Shown here in pieces: positions 13,250-26,400 of a stretch of 64,000 nucleotides of DNA. A program made the position numbers and the translations under genes. Under the pieces are notes generated by a model that saw nothing but the letters and a program-made list of their open reading frames with translations, did not search any database and was not told where the DNA came from. The first letter of the stretch is position 1, and each line of letters opens with the position of its first letter. Source of the stretch: Takakia lepidozioides (taxonomy: Eukaryota > Plantae > Bryophyta); contig CM060732.1 in NCBI GenBank assembly GCA_030704615.1, forward strand, positions 28,086,001 through 28,150,000. Reading direction: 5' to 3'.

Positions 13250-13740
13250 GGGGCTGATACCTCTTGTGTGAAGAGATTGCATGTGTGGAGCATGTATTCA
13301 GCTCATTAAAGCTTCCATCTTCAAGCTTGGAGTGCAAGCAAAGAAGAGGGAAGGGCTGACTTCCCTTATGTGAGGGCAATGCATGTGTGGAGCATGCTTT
13401 CAGCCTGTTGAAGGCTTGTACTTTCAGGTTTGGGAGTGCAAGAAAGGAAGGAAGGGGCTGGTTTCCCTGTAGGGCATGTGTGGAGCATGTTTTCAGCCCG
13501 CTGAAGCTTGTATTTTCAGGTTTGTGAGTGCAAGAAATGAAGCAAAGGAGCTGATTCTCTTATGGTGAGAGTGGGGCATGTGTGAAGCATGCCTTCAACC
13601 CATTGAGGCTCTTGTTTTCAAGCTTTAGAGAGCTAGAACGGAAGGGCTAGGGCTGGTTTCCACTTGGGGTGAAATAAAAGCACTTGTAGGGCCTATGTGA
13701 GTTGGGGTTTCAACTTCAAGCTTGGAAGGAGCACAACTCT
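13250..13740. repeat. Degenerate tandem repeat of about 100 bp (4-5 units) upstream of gypsy gag; probable LTR/5' UTR repeat
   Basis: Units begin gggctg at about 13250, 13353, 13456, 13547 and 13650 and share gcatgtgtggagcatg...ttca(a/g)g(c/t)ttg...gagtgcaag. Confidence 0.8.
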
Positions 13741-14800
13741 TGAAGCAGCAAGTGCATGGGCTGGATTAGGTGCGAAGGGCATGCTATGGTCAAGAAAAGC
13801 ACATGAATGAGTGCCTACAAGGGCTGGAAGTCAGCCATGTTTGGTTAGTCGCCATAGGCATCAATGGCGCTATTTTGTGAGTTAAAATGAAGCTTGTGCA
13901 CTTAGTTTCGGTTGCAAACATCTTCCTTTAGAACTAAAGCTACTATTGATGGTGTGTGGGGGCCATAAAGAGCAAGAATACCTTGTTGATTTCCTCACAG
14001 CCGCCATAGCTCGGTGCAAAGAAGCCTAGAGTCCAAGAGACACAAATTCTAGCTTGGCGTGGCTAAACCCCTTGGAGAAATGTGCTGGTCTGTGGTGGCC
14101 CGTGTTGACCTGTGGACGGCCTGTGCTGACTCGTGGAGGCACTGGTGGACTGCCTAAGGACTGGCATGTGGTCTTGAAGGCCAAATTTTGAAGCTCGTGG
14201 AGGGCGGTTTGAGGAGTATTTTCATGATATTCCCATGGTCATGCAAGTGAGGGAAGAGAGGAGATGAAGAGTGTTGGGATGAGGGCATGTTGGGGTTAGG
14301 CACTGCTTTAGCTTCTCTTCCTCGTAGTTTTCCACCCTCTCATTAGGCCAAGACCTTTCCGTAGGTGGAGGCAAGAGTCAGTCCGGGTTTGGGCTGGGGT
14401 GTCCTTGCAGGAGCAACACCGTGGAGTTGTTTTTTGTGTTGGGGAGTTGTCGTTCTGATTTCTTATGTTTGGATCCCCTCCATACCTGCATGCTTGACTG
14501 TGCGCCATGTTAGTTTTGTGTGGGCGCTTGTTTTTATAGGTGATTGGTCTGGATTTGATCACCGGCCAGTCCTAGAGCATGCTGTCGATGGTGAGGCTGG
14601 GGTGATGACCAGTCAGACCATCATTGTTTCTCTTGTGGTGAGGTTGGAGGTGATGACCAGCCAGCCATAGGAGTGTTTGCGGTGGATGCAGGTGCAGGTG
14701 TAGGCTATGTTAGGAACCTAGTATTCCAAACCATAAGCCGCAACAGGTTCTCTACCCGGTTACCTTGTGGAGAGGGGGTTAGGGACATGTTCATGACCGG

Positions 14801-16560
14801 TTGAGTGTCAACACGGAGGTACCACTAGTTGCTGGGGACAGTGCCGGTTCGAGCACTAGCGATACTAGTGGGTACACGAGAGGAGGTGTGCGGTTTAGGC
14901 CACCTTCACCTCCTGTGTCTTCCACGGAAGGTTCTGATTCAGATTGTGAATCAGGAGGACTCACACCGGCGGTGCAAGTTGTTTCCTTGCCATTGTTGTG
15001 GGACACAATGGAGGAGATATATGGAGCTACCAAGGGGCCAGGAAGGTACTCTGGGGCGGTGGGCACCATCGAGTTGGATGATTTCATTCAGGAGTTTGAT
15101 AGTTGGTGTGACTTGCAGCAAATGTGCAATCCACAACTGTTTACGCCTTTTATGGCATGGAAGGGGCTATTTCAACACTTTGAGGGGCCGCCTATGGATG
15201 ATTATCATGAGTTCAGGCGGGGGCATGAGGTTGAGATCGAGGAGTGGAGGATGTACTGGTCACCCGACTATGTCTCCATCACTAGGGGCACTAAAGCCAC
15301 GAGGGCAATGGCTACACCTGCAGCTGCACTGGCAGCTTCAACAAGCAGTAGTGGGGCTAGTGGGACTGGTGGTACCGTAGCTATGATATCCACCCAAGCC
15401 ACTACCGCACCAGCACCAGTACCCGTGCCTGCCTTCAACCCTGTTGTGGAGTTCTTCGAAGAGTTGAGAGGGAACTACCAAAGGGTGAGGACAGAGAAGT
15501 TGCGAAGCTTGCAAGAGTTCCAACGGAAGCCTACTGACAGCTTGAGGGAGGCTTTCACTCGCATGAGGCGCTTGATAAATGTAACCCAAAGGGTTACGGA
15601 AGCTCAGGCAGTCCATTTTTGGTATGGGATATTGGACAAGAAGCTGAGGAGAAGGGGGCGGGATGCAACTCTCCTACAAGCGGCCCAACCCACTTTAGTA
15701 AACGTGTTTTTGCTGGCAGAGCGGATAGAGCTCAATATGGTGGAGGAACGAGTGGTCATGGTGGGATTTGCTAAGGAGACACCACGGGGTAGTGGTGCTC
15801 CTAGCCAACCACTACCTCAACGTGCTCAAGGCAACATGGGGGTCCAGGTGAAAGCCAGGGAAGGACAGAGAGGACCTCAGATGTAGGGGTCTCTCCCTTC
15901 ATTTGCAAGCAAACAACGGGCGGAGGTGGTGTGTTGGACATGTGGAGGATCCCATGTCAAGAAGGATTGCCCAGAGGGAGGCAAAGGGCCGGCATATGCA
16001 TAGTCTACACAGTTGCAGTGTGGGCATTGTGGCAAGCACGGGTATGGAGAGGCCCAGTGTTATGGTTTGCATCCTGAGTTGCGCCCAGGCCAGTTCCAAG
16101 GGAACAATGGTGGCCGGGGGCGAGGTGGAGCAGCCCAGAGAGGACGAGGTGGCCAGGCACGAGGGGCAAGCCAAGGGCAAGCTCAACATGGCCAAGGACG
16201 CGGAGGTCAGGGTGTTGACCAAGGCATGGCCAACCGGCTTCAGCAGCTAGAGCAGAGGCTCGCTGCCATGGCTACAGCTCATGTGGTACCAGCTCCAAGG
16301 CCGGATGGTCCACCTCTGGCTCCTGAGGAAGGAGATATGGGAGGCATGAGATTCATGTGTGGGGCAACACTACCACTAGTGCAAGTGGAGTCGGCGGCGG
16401 CAGTGACCCGAAGAGCAACACAAGTTCCTGAGCCACGAGGTGTAGAGGTGGAGTTGGATCCACAGCGTGGGGAAGCAAGCCGTCAGGCCAGGCTTCCTCA
16501 GTCATTCATATTGGCGGAGACAGTGTCGACGCCATCCATGGCACCTAGTTCTCGCCCGAC
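14801..16560 (+). mobile_element. Ty3/gypsy gag (capsid-like domain plus two zinc-knuckle-like motifs), frameshifted and truncated
   Basis: ORF 14801..15886 contains YSGAVGTIELDDFIQEFDSW and LQEFQRKPTDSLREAFTRMRRL; CWTCGGSHVKKDC and CGHCGKHGYGEAQC follow in other frames; G/R/Q-rich linker. Confidence 0.75.
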
Positions 16561-16561
16561 T

Positions 16562-17360
16562 GTGCACAACAGGGGCATAGGATGGAGGCTTTGGAGACCT
16601 ATGAGCAAATGAGGGGGGAAGGGATGAAGCGCGACCACATAATGTTTGTGTGCAAGCCTGGTAGCCCTGGAAAAGGGCAAAGAACCATGGTTGCATGTCA
16701 ATCTGAAATTGTACCAGATGTGATTCTGGACACTGCCCTTGTGGACATGTATGCCAAATGTGGGAGCATTGAGGATGCGGAGGGAGTGTTCAACACTATG
16801 GCTAAATGAGATGTGGTGTCGTGGAGTGCAATGCTTGCAGGGTATACACAGCAGGGGCGCGGGGCCTTGGAGACCTATGAGCAAATGATGGGGGAAGGGG
16901 TGAAGAACAACCACATCACGTTTGTGTGCGTTTGCAATGCTTGTGCAAGCCTGGCAGCCCTGGAAAAGGGCAAAGAGGTGCATGGTGACATCATCAAAGC
17001 TGGAATTGTACCAAATCTCATTCTGGACACTGCCCTGGTGGACATGTATGCGAAATGTGGGTGCATTGAGGATGCAAATGGAGTATTTGACAATGTGCAG
17101 GCTGAACAAAATGTGGTGTCGTGGAACACGATGATTGCAGGATATGCCCAGCACGGTTATCATAGGGAGGACCTGCAACTATTTGAAGGAATGCAAAAGA
17201 ACGGTTTGAAGCCGGACAATATCACCTTTATAAGTGTTCTCTCTACATGCAGCGACATTGGCCTACTGGATGAAGAAAGACACTTCTTCGATTCCCTTAG
17301 TCAAGATCATGGTGTCACTCTGACAGTAAAGCACTTTGGCTGCATGGTGGATCTTCTTGG
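16562..17360 (+). pseudogene. PLS-class PPR gene fragment (P-L-S...P2-L2-S2), intronless, with a stop and deletions
   Basis: ORFs 16582..16809 and 16813..17370 carry ALVDMYAKCG, VVSWNTMIAGYAQHG and HFGCMVDLLG. Confidence 0.9.
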
Positions 17361-17800
17361 ACAATTATGATCAACAAACCAAGAAAAGATCAATCAACTG
17401 CCCTGTTTTCGAAACCCTCAGGGCATCCACACTGTGGCATCTTTGGAAAATTAGATGCAATAAGGGTATCACCACCTCAATCTCTGTTCTGTTGACTTGT
17501 GTCTTTCTGGATCTGCAAACTGAAGCTAGGAAGGCTTGGTCCAAACTGTGTGCAGACATTCAACCAGATGGCGGAAATGCGACAGGGAAACATAGGGCTT
17601 TCCAACAAACCTGAGCTAGACAGGGAATCATTTGTAGCAGTCCTACGCCGGAACACTGTTACTGGAGCGACCTCCCCCCTCCAGCCTGGCGGGACCTCAG
17701 GGCACCTCTCCACATTTTCCCCCGAGTTTGAGCGGGAGGTTATCTGGAAGCATGTGAAGCCTTCCACGACGGCCTCCAAACTACATTACAGATAGACTAC
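17360..17800 (+). mobile_element. 3' fragment of an L1-like LINE ORF2
   Basis: NYDQ...CPVFETLRASTLWHLWKIRC and FSPEFEREVIWKHVK...LHYR*; homologous to 18304-18760 (-) and 33420-33680 (-). Confidence 0.75.
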
Positions 17801-18303
17801 AAACACCTTCTCTTCTACTATGCTTCAGAAAGGTCAACGGCCTAATTACTCTCGACATCCCCTCCTCCCTTGTCGTGTTGGATTGTCTTGCAAACCTGTG
17901 CCTGCTGGTGCTCAGGTAGGCGCTCTGCTGATGGCGGGAACCACTGTGATGTCAGGGCATTTATTGCAGCATTTCGTTGCTCCAGGAGGATTTCCTTGTC
18001 TCGTTCAAGTTGCTTCTTGTCTTCTATCAGTTTCTTATTCACGTTAGAGACCTCCTCAATTTTCCCTCTCATCTCCTCAGTTAACCTTTGGAGTTCTTGA
18101 GGTGGGGGGTTCACAATATGTCAGTCAAGCAAAACTGCTTACAACATTAACTTGTCACCAGGCCTGAATTCAGACTATTTGCGAGCTTAACATTCCAAAC
18201 CTGATATTCTTAGGGGGGTATGGTGAAGAAAGAGCGAGTAGGACTGAGAGAGGCCAGAGTGGGCCAAGAAGGGAGACGAAATTAGAGCAGATAATTAAGA
18301 ATT

Positions 18304-19775
18304 CTAACGATGGAAGTGGAGGCGCGCTGCAGAGGAGGACCTGATATGCTTCCAGTTGATCTCCGATCTTTCAAACTCTGGGGATGCTGAAGAGTAGGCC
18401 TCTGTGTCCCTCCCAGTAGGAGGGGATGTTCTCTGTCCAAATACAGGTGAGATCATTAAGTGCAGCGACAAATGATTCCGAGGTGGGCCCAAGTTGTCTG
18501 GAAGGCATGGAGTAGTGCAGGCTGGCGCTCAGGTTTCCTAGCAGACTCTGCACACAAAGAAGCCCACTCTTTTTTAGCTGCTACTTTGAGATCAAAGAAG
18601 ACAAGAGTCAAAATAACAGTTGTGGATGTATTTTCCTTGTTGTAGATCCATGCACCTCGTCCTTTCCATATGTTCCAGAGAACTGAGTATCTTAGCACTT
18701 CAAAAACCGGGTAGTCCAGAGCTTTTGCTTTCCTTGTTTGACTGTAGTTGAGGAGGATTTTTCAAGGAACCAAGATTGAAGGGCTCCCAGTTTCTGTAGA
18801 ATGTTTGGACCAAGGGTCAGATGGCCTCTGGTGCTAAGCACTGGAGTAGACGATGCTCCAGGGATTCTATTGCTTGGTCAGCACAACATCCGCATGGGGT
18901 AGTAGCATTGAAGTTTAAATTGATGTATTGGCCCACCTTGAGGACTCTGTTGGCTAACTGCCACAGAAACGCACTTATCTTGGCAAGTTTTTTCTTCTCC
19001 CAAACTACTGACCAGATGCCCTTCCAATTTTCCTCGTTGAAGTTCTCATGACTCCACCTACCCTCCCATTTTGTGGTGAGAGGTCCGGCTCGAAGTAAGG
19101 CTCTGTAACCCCGCCGAGCTGAGTATGAGAAAAGAGGATGAATCTCGCCATTGATTGTCCACTGCCACTCGGCAGGGTCTAATTGCAAAGATGCAATGCC
19201 CAAGTTTCCGACCAGAGTGAATGATTCCTTCCTGAGCCAGGTTAGCAAGGGAATGCCCCCCGGGACAGATGGATTGAAGCTTTTTTCCGGGGAAGACAAG
19301 TGGCATATTCTAGCATGGATGGATTCCTGATTTGGAATTGAGATTATGTCTGAGCTAGTAAGGGAGAGGCTGCCAGAAAGCTCGTGAGCCTGAAAATTGT
19401 ATCCAGAGATCGTAGATGGAGAGACCTCATAAACATAGATGACTTGTAAAGATGGACTTTGTGGAAAAACCCATTGGTGTGGTCTGTGGGGGTCCGGGCC
19501 ATCTTTGAGTATAAGTTTCCAGGTATCAGGGATTGATTGGCTGATGAGAGGTATCCCCGAATGGAGACGATTCGCACCCAGAGCTCCTCTTAGGGATTGA
19601 GGGGAGTTGTCCCAAAGATGTTTAATTGTGGAGAAGCCTCTAGTTTCCCATGCAGCCGATCTTTTTGCAGAACCCCGGTCAGCCACAAATGGGCGAGGGT
19701 CATTAAGGAACAGGTGTTGTCTCAAGGTTTCATGGAAAGAAGAGGGCTCTTTTTTTACTAGAAAAGGTCTCAGGT
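18304..19775 (-). mobile_element. 3' part of an L1-like LINE ORF2 with a zf-RVT domain
   Basis: WKGIW...KISAFLWQLANRVL...CGCC...ESLEHRLLQC and VLWNIWKGR; frameshifted. Confidence 0.85.
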
Positions 19776-20494
19776 CCACACTTGATATGTTGTACTTCAC
19801 CACATAGAACCACACCACTGAGCTCATACTAGAAGCACATGAATAAAAACAGATTTTCAAGCATACAATAGAAGGCGTAGTCAATGTGTAACCTCCAAAA
19901 GTCTGTAATCAAGTTTTGTCAAGCGCAAGTGTTCCTACGCTATGTGCTAGTCCCGTTGCAGAAGTGTATCGATCTCGTTGTAACTCAGAGTGGCTGGGTG
20001 GATATAGAAGTCTCGTTTGGTATCACAAACCATCCTCATCAAAAATATGTAATACAATGGTTGCATAGGACGAATTTGCCTCTTTTGCAAGACTTGTTGA
20101 CAGCATGCCAACAAAATCGGGACGCGTAACTCGATTTTAAGTAAATCTAGAAAACCTTCAATTCCCTTTTATTGTAATTGGGCAAATGGGTGCAAAACAA
20201 CACAAAATGATCTTGATCCTTTTGACTTAACAAAGAAGCTTGAATAGCATCAGGCCAGATAGATGTCACATTCCAGAAAAATACATGAAAGGGTGGGTGA
20301 TAAGAGACAGTGAAAGACTAGTCGTATACCCTGACCTCCCCTCAGCAGCCACTTCCAGAGCCTTGATTAGCTAGGTTTGAAAACAAGTTGTCCCAAGCCA
20401 TTTCTATACATGGTTTTAATTTTTTGAAAGCACAGCTAGGAATCACTACTTTTAGGAGGTGGAATGGTTAAGCTGTCGTATGCTGCTGCTCATG

Positions 20495-23400
20495 TTAGCG
20501 CGGAAGAGTGCGTGTAAGGAACGGCAGATCAATCACAACCCCAGACACACCTTTTACATCAACATGAAGGCCCACACCACCTGCCTTCCTGCGTATGTAG
20601 GCTAGCCCAACATGTGAGTGTTGAGAAGCCTTCCCAGCCTCCACACAGCTTGTCAGCTTCCCTACCTGCACCCTCCCAAACTCGCCGTTAGTCATGAACC
20701 AAACATTTACTAAATGGTTAATTCTGATGCTTTATACCGACATGTCACTCTCCTGCCATCCAGTCCCCCTTCCTTTCAGATGCCGTGTAGCTGTGAATGC
20801 CAGTAAAAGGAAATTTCACAATAAGAATGGAAGTGGGAATACACATGCAAACCTTAAGACCATCATGAAAGAGAGTACATCCAGGCTCAGCAGGGCCATC
20901 CAAGAGCACTCCCCACAGTTGTTGCTTCACACCATCGTAGGTGATTAGCCTTGCTATGGTTTCTTGCCCGATGTAACACCCTGCAATCTCCCATACAATT
21001 ATTTCCATCACATTCAATTTTGTCTTCTCGCATTTGTTCCTTGGATTTAATTTTTTATTAATCAAGCATTCCAAGCTAAAGGCCTCCTCAGAAGCTACCA
21101 AATTGAGACAACACAGTTGATTCACTATCAATGAAAACTCAAAGTTTGCAATGTACTGATAGCAGTCAATATTGGGTTGGTTGAGCAGCGTTTAGAAATT
21201 GCATTGTAGGACTTGAGCATCCATGGAGCGTTAATTGGGTGAATCTGTTTATTGTGAATTGTTTGCTGGGATTTTCAGTTGCATAGAGACCAACAAATGC
21301 TCTTTATAAAAACTTCCATGCACCAACATGGCAAAGAAAGTCACCAACTCACCTTGATCGGAAAACAACTCATTACTTGCAGAAAACAGAGAGTCGAGGA
21401 TACCTTTAGTTATTGATATGGTGTGGCATAGCCCTGCCTCCAGTGCATTGAACTCATCAGTTAGCTCCTTCCCAGCTGAAGGCCTTCCTGATGCCCACAT
21501 GACCAGAAATTCCAGGCCTACATCAGGTGAATCTTCTCAGAGAAAAATTTGCATTTAAGCGCATCAAAGCAACAAACAAATCTTTCTCATTACACTTGGA
21601 AAGCATATGCAGCAAACTGTTCAGGCATGCATGCTGGATGCTCGATAGACACAACTACCTCGCCAAACACGTAATCGCTCCCAGGCAGCAGCACCCATGG
21701 GCACAGCCCCCGCATTTAGGATTGCCTCCCAAACCAAGCCAGCAGTAGAAGTAGACAGGAGAAGTGAATAGCCTGGACCTGCCAGGCCATCCCCTACTGC
21801 CACTGTCACTGGTGTTCCTTCCACCTGCATCCCCTCAATTCCATGTTCTTGTCAGAAACTGGTTTACCGGAACCTTTCTCCAACAGCAATTCATTCTCTG
21901 AACTCAGTTGACCACTCATGCACATCTTGAATGGCAGAGGCCATTCCTTATTGCAGCTTCTTCCCCCATCCCTGCCAATTGACAAAAACAGAAAAAACAC
22001 AGTATAATGGTAGGGTACATATATATTATAAGGTCTGTAAGAAAAAGAAGGAATCACAGCTCACCGCATAATGCATGTGGGTACCATATGGCTGGCCTTT
22101 AATTGCCCCTAAATTTAGCTTCTCCAACACCTGTGGCCACACCAGCACCTCAACGCACAGAGGTAACAGCAGAAAGTACATGACATCTTCGTGTCAAATT
22201 CATCTACCTCAGCTAGTTCTGTCTTTGTCTGGTTGTGCATGTGTGGTTGTGTAAATTTGCTGTAGGTTTGTGCATGCATGTTGAGAGGGACTCCACAATT
22301 GACGAGGGAAAAGCGTGCAAGGGTACCTGGTCACACTGAGGCCCTACAAGGGAGAAGAAGTAAGTCTTCTCGGTGATGTCCTCCACCTCACACTTGTCAG
22401 CAAAGAAAATGTACCTTACATCCCACCCCCCACCCTAATTGCTTCTCAGATATTTCAAATTGTAACCGTCAGTATCACTATCATGTAAAGAGCCTCCAAG
22501 CAAGAGAGAAACAAGAGTATATAATCCACAGTTACTGTTCAGTTTGAAATTCTGCACCTAGAGGCCCTCTCTCTTAAGCACACGGGCTACAATACCAACA
22601 TCAAGGTGGGAGTAGAGAGGACCCACTTGTTGAGGAGAGCAAGCAGAGAATGGCGAGTACTTGGTGACACCAGAAGGATGACTGCCGTCTTCTGCAGTAG
22701 TAAGGCCAATAAAGTTCCATGACCACCCCTCACTACCCTCAAAGAGGTGCAATCACCCTGGATAATTACCAGCTACCACTTGGATAACTCCACAAACAGA
22801 AGACATTATGGTTTATAGCAAAACTTTGTTGTTTATTTCACACTGACATACCCTGAAAGGATCTTCGTCAAGTGAAAGTGATCCATCAGCAGCTCCTCCA
22901 AGGGCCAACATCTTGGGTCCTTCAAGTTTCTGCCCTTGCAACAGTCGATTTCTTGAAGTGCAAAGCTCTATCACTCTCTCACTAGCCCCTCCTCAGAGGT
23001 CTCTCAAAGGTGACCCTGAAGATAAACTTCAATTTCTTTTGTTGTCTATAGCTGGTGATGTAACAACAGGTCTTAGACTACTTATCCAACTTACAACACT
23101 ACTCACACCATTTGTAGCAAGGTGTAACTGCCACCCCTAAAGAGAGTCCAAGGATGAAATTCGAAAAGAATTTGCCAGTGAAAAGTTTGCACTTCTGGAA
23201 AGAGAAAAAGAAGGGCTCACCATAAACCAGGCAGTAGCTAGTTCAATAGTCCTGCCAGTGGGTGTCACGAACACTGTGTCACACCCCTGTACATCCATCC
23301 CGTGCCTTTGTCACTGTAATGTTTTTTCTCTTTCGCACATGCCTCTACTTGCAGTCCGCATCACATCAGCTTCATGCACTCACTCAACCCCCTCCACCCA

Positions 23401-26400
23401 CTCCTGGAACTAATATGGATGAGAAGTATAAAGGGTGCAACAGACAAAGGTGTGCATACCTGCCCTTCCTTTCGAGATTGGAAATCAGCAGTGCTCTGAT
23501 TGTGAAGAAAGCGTATGCGATCCTCCCCTGTGACTACCCACCATTCCAGTTTACAAAGTTAGTTGTCACAATGTCCATGTCCATCTAGATGTGGACGAAT
23601 AAAAAAAAACTTACATGACAACATGGTCCACCAAATTGAGACAACAAACACATTGTAGACTACTTGCACAAAAGAAAGTCTTATTATATCAGGACAATCT
23701 ATACACTAAGCTGCTCACAAAAAGGCCTAACTTGCTTGATTGTCCCAATTCAGTAACATACCTCGCAGCCTGCCAAAGTGCGACATTTCCACAACCTGCC
23801 ACATGTCTCACCCACCATAACCTTCAGAGTCACACAATATGTGTAATTAATCACTCACCATCCTAAAGACATGCTCTTCATGAAGTAATAGAGGCACAGA
23901 AGTGAGAAGGGTACCCACCACAGCACCTGAGTCAGCAGCTACAAGTGCTTCCTCATCATTTCCAAAGGTCTGTACTATGCCATCATCAGAGAAAAGGGCA
24001 CCCATGTCACTCATAATGGCCTGCTCCAATCCCACACAGAAGAGCCTTTTATGCAAGATGTACCGCAAACCACGCAACATGCAAGGAATGCAGTGGGTTG
24101 GTTGCATGCCATCCATGTTCCTCCCTACCCTCCAATGCACTTCAGCAAGCAAGATGTGCAACAGCTTATACTAAGGGCAACATAAACACCAGCCAAGGTG
24201 GAAGGAGTACAGCCATTTGCCTGCACTACAAATGAGGTGGTTATGTTACAGAGAGACGAGCAATAAATTTCATACGACTACAGCTATAAATTGATTAAAA
24301 ATTGAATGCAAACAACAAAAAAGCATTGGTTGCCTAAAAGATGTAGATTAACCTAAACAACTCTCTCCTTCTCTCTCCCTGAAGTTAGGCCACAAGTTTA
24401 GGGTTTAGGGCCACAAGGCTACGGCAATTATGAGTACATTCTCTCTCTCTCCCCGAAGTTAGGCAGAAAACTTCCCTGAATTGTTTCCAGTCGGTGACAT
24501 GGAGGAGGCCCTCATGGATGACCTCAAGGGTTTACCCAATCTCGACACTAGACTGAAATTTAAACTCAGGGAGGGAAGTCTACAGATGCAAACAGATGCA
24601 AATGCCCATTGCGTGGGGAACCTGAAGACAATATTCATTTTCTGATGATTCATTGTCTTGGGTACTCTCACCAGAGAGACCCTCTTCAAATCCATCAAGG
24701 GATTTGTGCTTGTACCTCTGTTTACCAACTTTGAAAATCTCGAGGCTGAGCCAGGTCCTTTTAGGGCCTAGTTATTGGGCATATTACACACAGCAGATTG
24801 ATGCTTGTGTAAAGGGATTTCTAGAGGATATATTGAAAACTCAGATCAATTGTCCCTTTCAAGGTAACTCATACTACCGGCATCAGCCCCTGACAAAGGT
24901 AGTTTCTGTCCCTTTGTACAAAGCGAGAGAGACAGAGCTTGTCTTGTCTATTCCAGACTAGATCAAAAGTTTATAGACAACAACAGCTTCGCTCAAAGTG
25001 GGCGCGGGGTCAATGGCCACAAGGCTACGGCAAACAACGTCTTATGAGTACACACTCTCTCTCCCTCTCTCTCTCTCTCATGAAGCCGAGAGATTCCTGT
25101 CCTCCCTTCCTACACATACCTTGGTGTTGAGTTTTCCTCCAACTGTGATTGGGATGCACATATTCCAAAAGTTGTTCAATCTGGCAAGCGCAAAGCGTTG
25201 GGTCTCACTAACTTTCCACTGCAGAGGGATCAACTCTGAAGTCAAAAGAACCATGCTTTGCTGCGTTATTAGGCCTACCATGGAGTGAAGATCTGCTGTG
25301 TGGGTTGATAAATCCAACCAGGCTAAGTCTCCAGAATCCATTCAAGTGGGGGTGCTCGAGGAGTGCATGTCAGCATGCTCCAAAACAGCTAATGTAGCTG
25401 TTCGGGGTGAATTTGGCATTCCTCCCTTAAGCTCCCGACGCGATGAATTCAATGTCAGATGCTGGGTCAGCTGCAATGTATGACTTATACCAGATATCCT
25501 AAGTTAGTCGACTCTTTATCTTGGAAGCAGGATCGGCCTGTCAAACAGGCTACGTCCTGGTAGAAGAGGGTAGAAGAGATTCAAGGATGTGAATCTAAGT
25601 CCACAACCCATGACCCTGCTGGATAAATCTGACTTAGAGGCTGTAGTGTCCAAAGCCATGTCTGTTGCCAGGAAATTGTCTGATGAAAATGAAGTTAGGC
25701 AGAAAACTTCTGAACTTGTATCCAGTCTGCGACATGGGGGAGGCCATCATGGATTACCTCAAGGGTTTACCCACTCTCCGCACTAGACTGAAATTCAAAC
25801 TCAGGGCGGAGAGCCTACCTTTGAACAGCAGACAGATGTAGAGAGGAAAGGGGGATCGCAAAGGAGGGTTCACCAATATCCTTCAAGGAGGGTTGGTATC
25901 CTGAGGGACAATGTCAACGAATCACAAGGGTGGATGAGTCTTCTAGACAGACTATGACTTACACTAAAATCAGTGTCATATGTCATCTCTACAGCTAAAT
26001 TAGGACTAATGCACCAGCGCTTGAATCAACATTGTGCTTCACACCAGGTCTGTATGAGGCCGTAGATCAGCAGTGACAGGCTTGCCACTGGCTGTCTACA
26101 AGGCCTATGCAAACCTCAGTACGGTCAGTTTGGGGCCTATTTGTGAGCACACAAGGGAAAGGAATAGTGGGGATTGGGTGATGTACGTGCAAATCATTGT
26201 CGATAGGAGGCGGGACAAGTTGTGCAGCCTTCAAGGAATACGTGGGTTGACAAGCTTGGGAATCACCAACTCCAAGGAACCCTGGATAAAAATGTGGAGT
26301 CACCTTACCATAGAGCTCATTTTCGAAACAGCTATCTTGGCAATTGGAACAAAACTACCGTATGGGACGGATTGCGAATCATAAACCTCTGCATGTGGAC

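Noticed and set aside
12480-14745. Exact 5' LTR and PBS for the gag at 14801
   Set aside because: A candidate end ...gcaaca exists at 14745, but there is no second LTR, canonical PBS or TSD to confirm it
17842-18114. Coiled-coil ORF between two tail-to-tail LINE fragments
   Set aside because: Short, with no domain; probably TE debris
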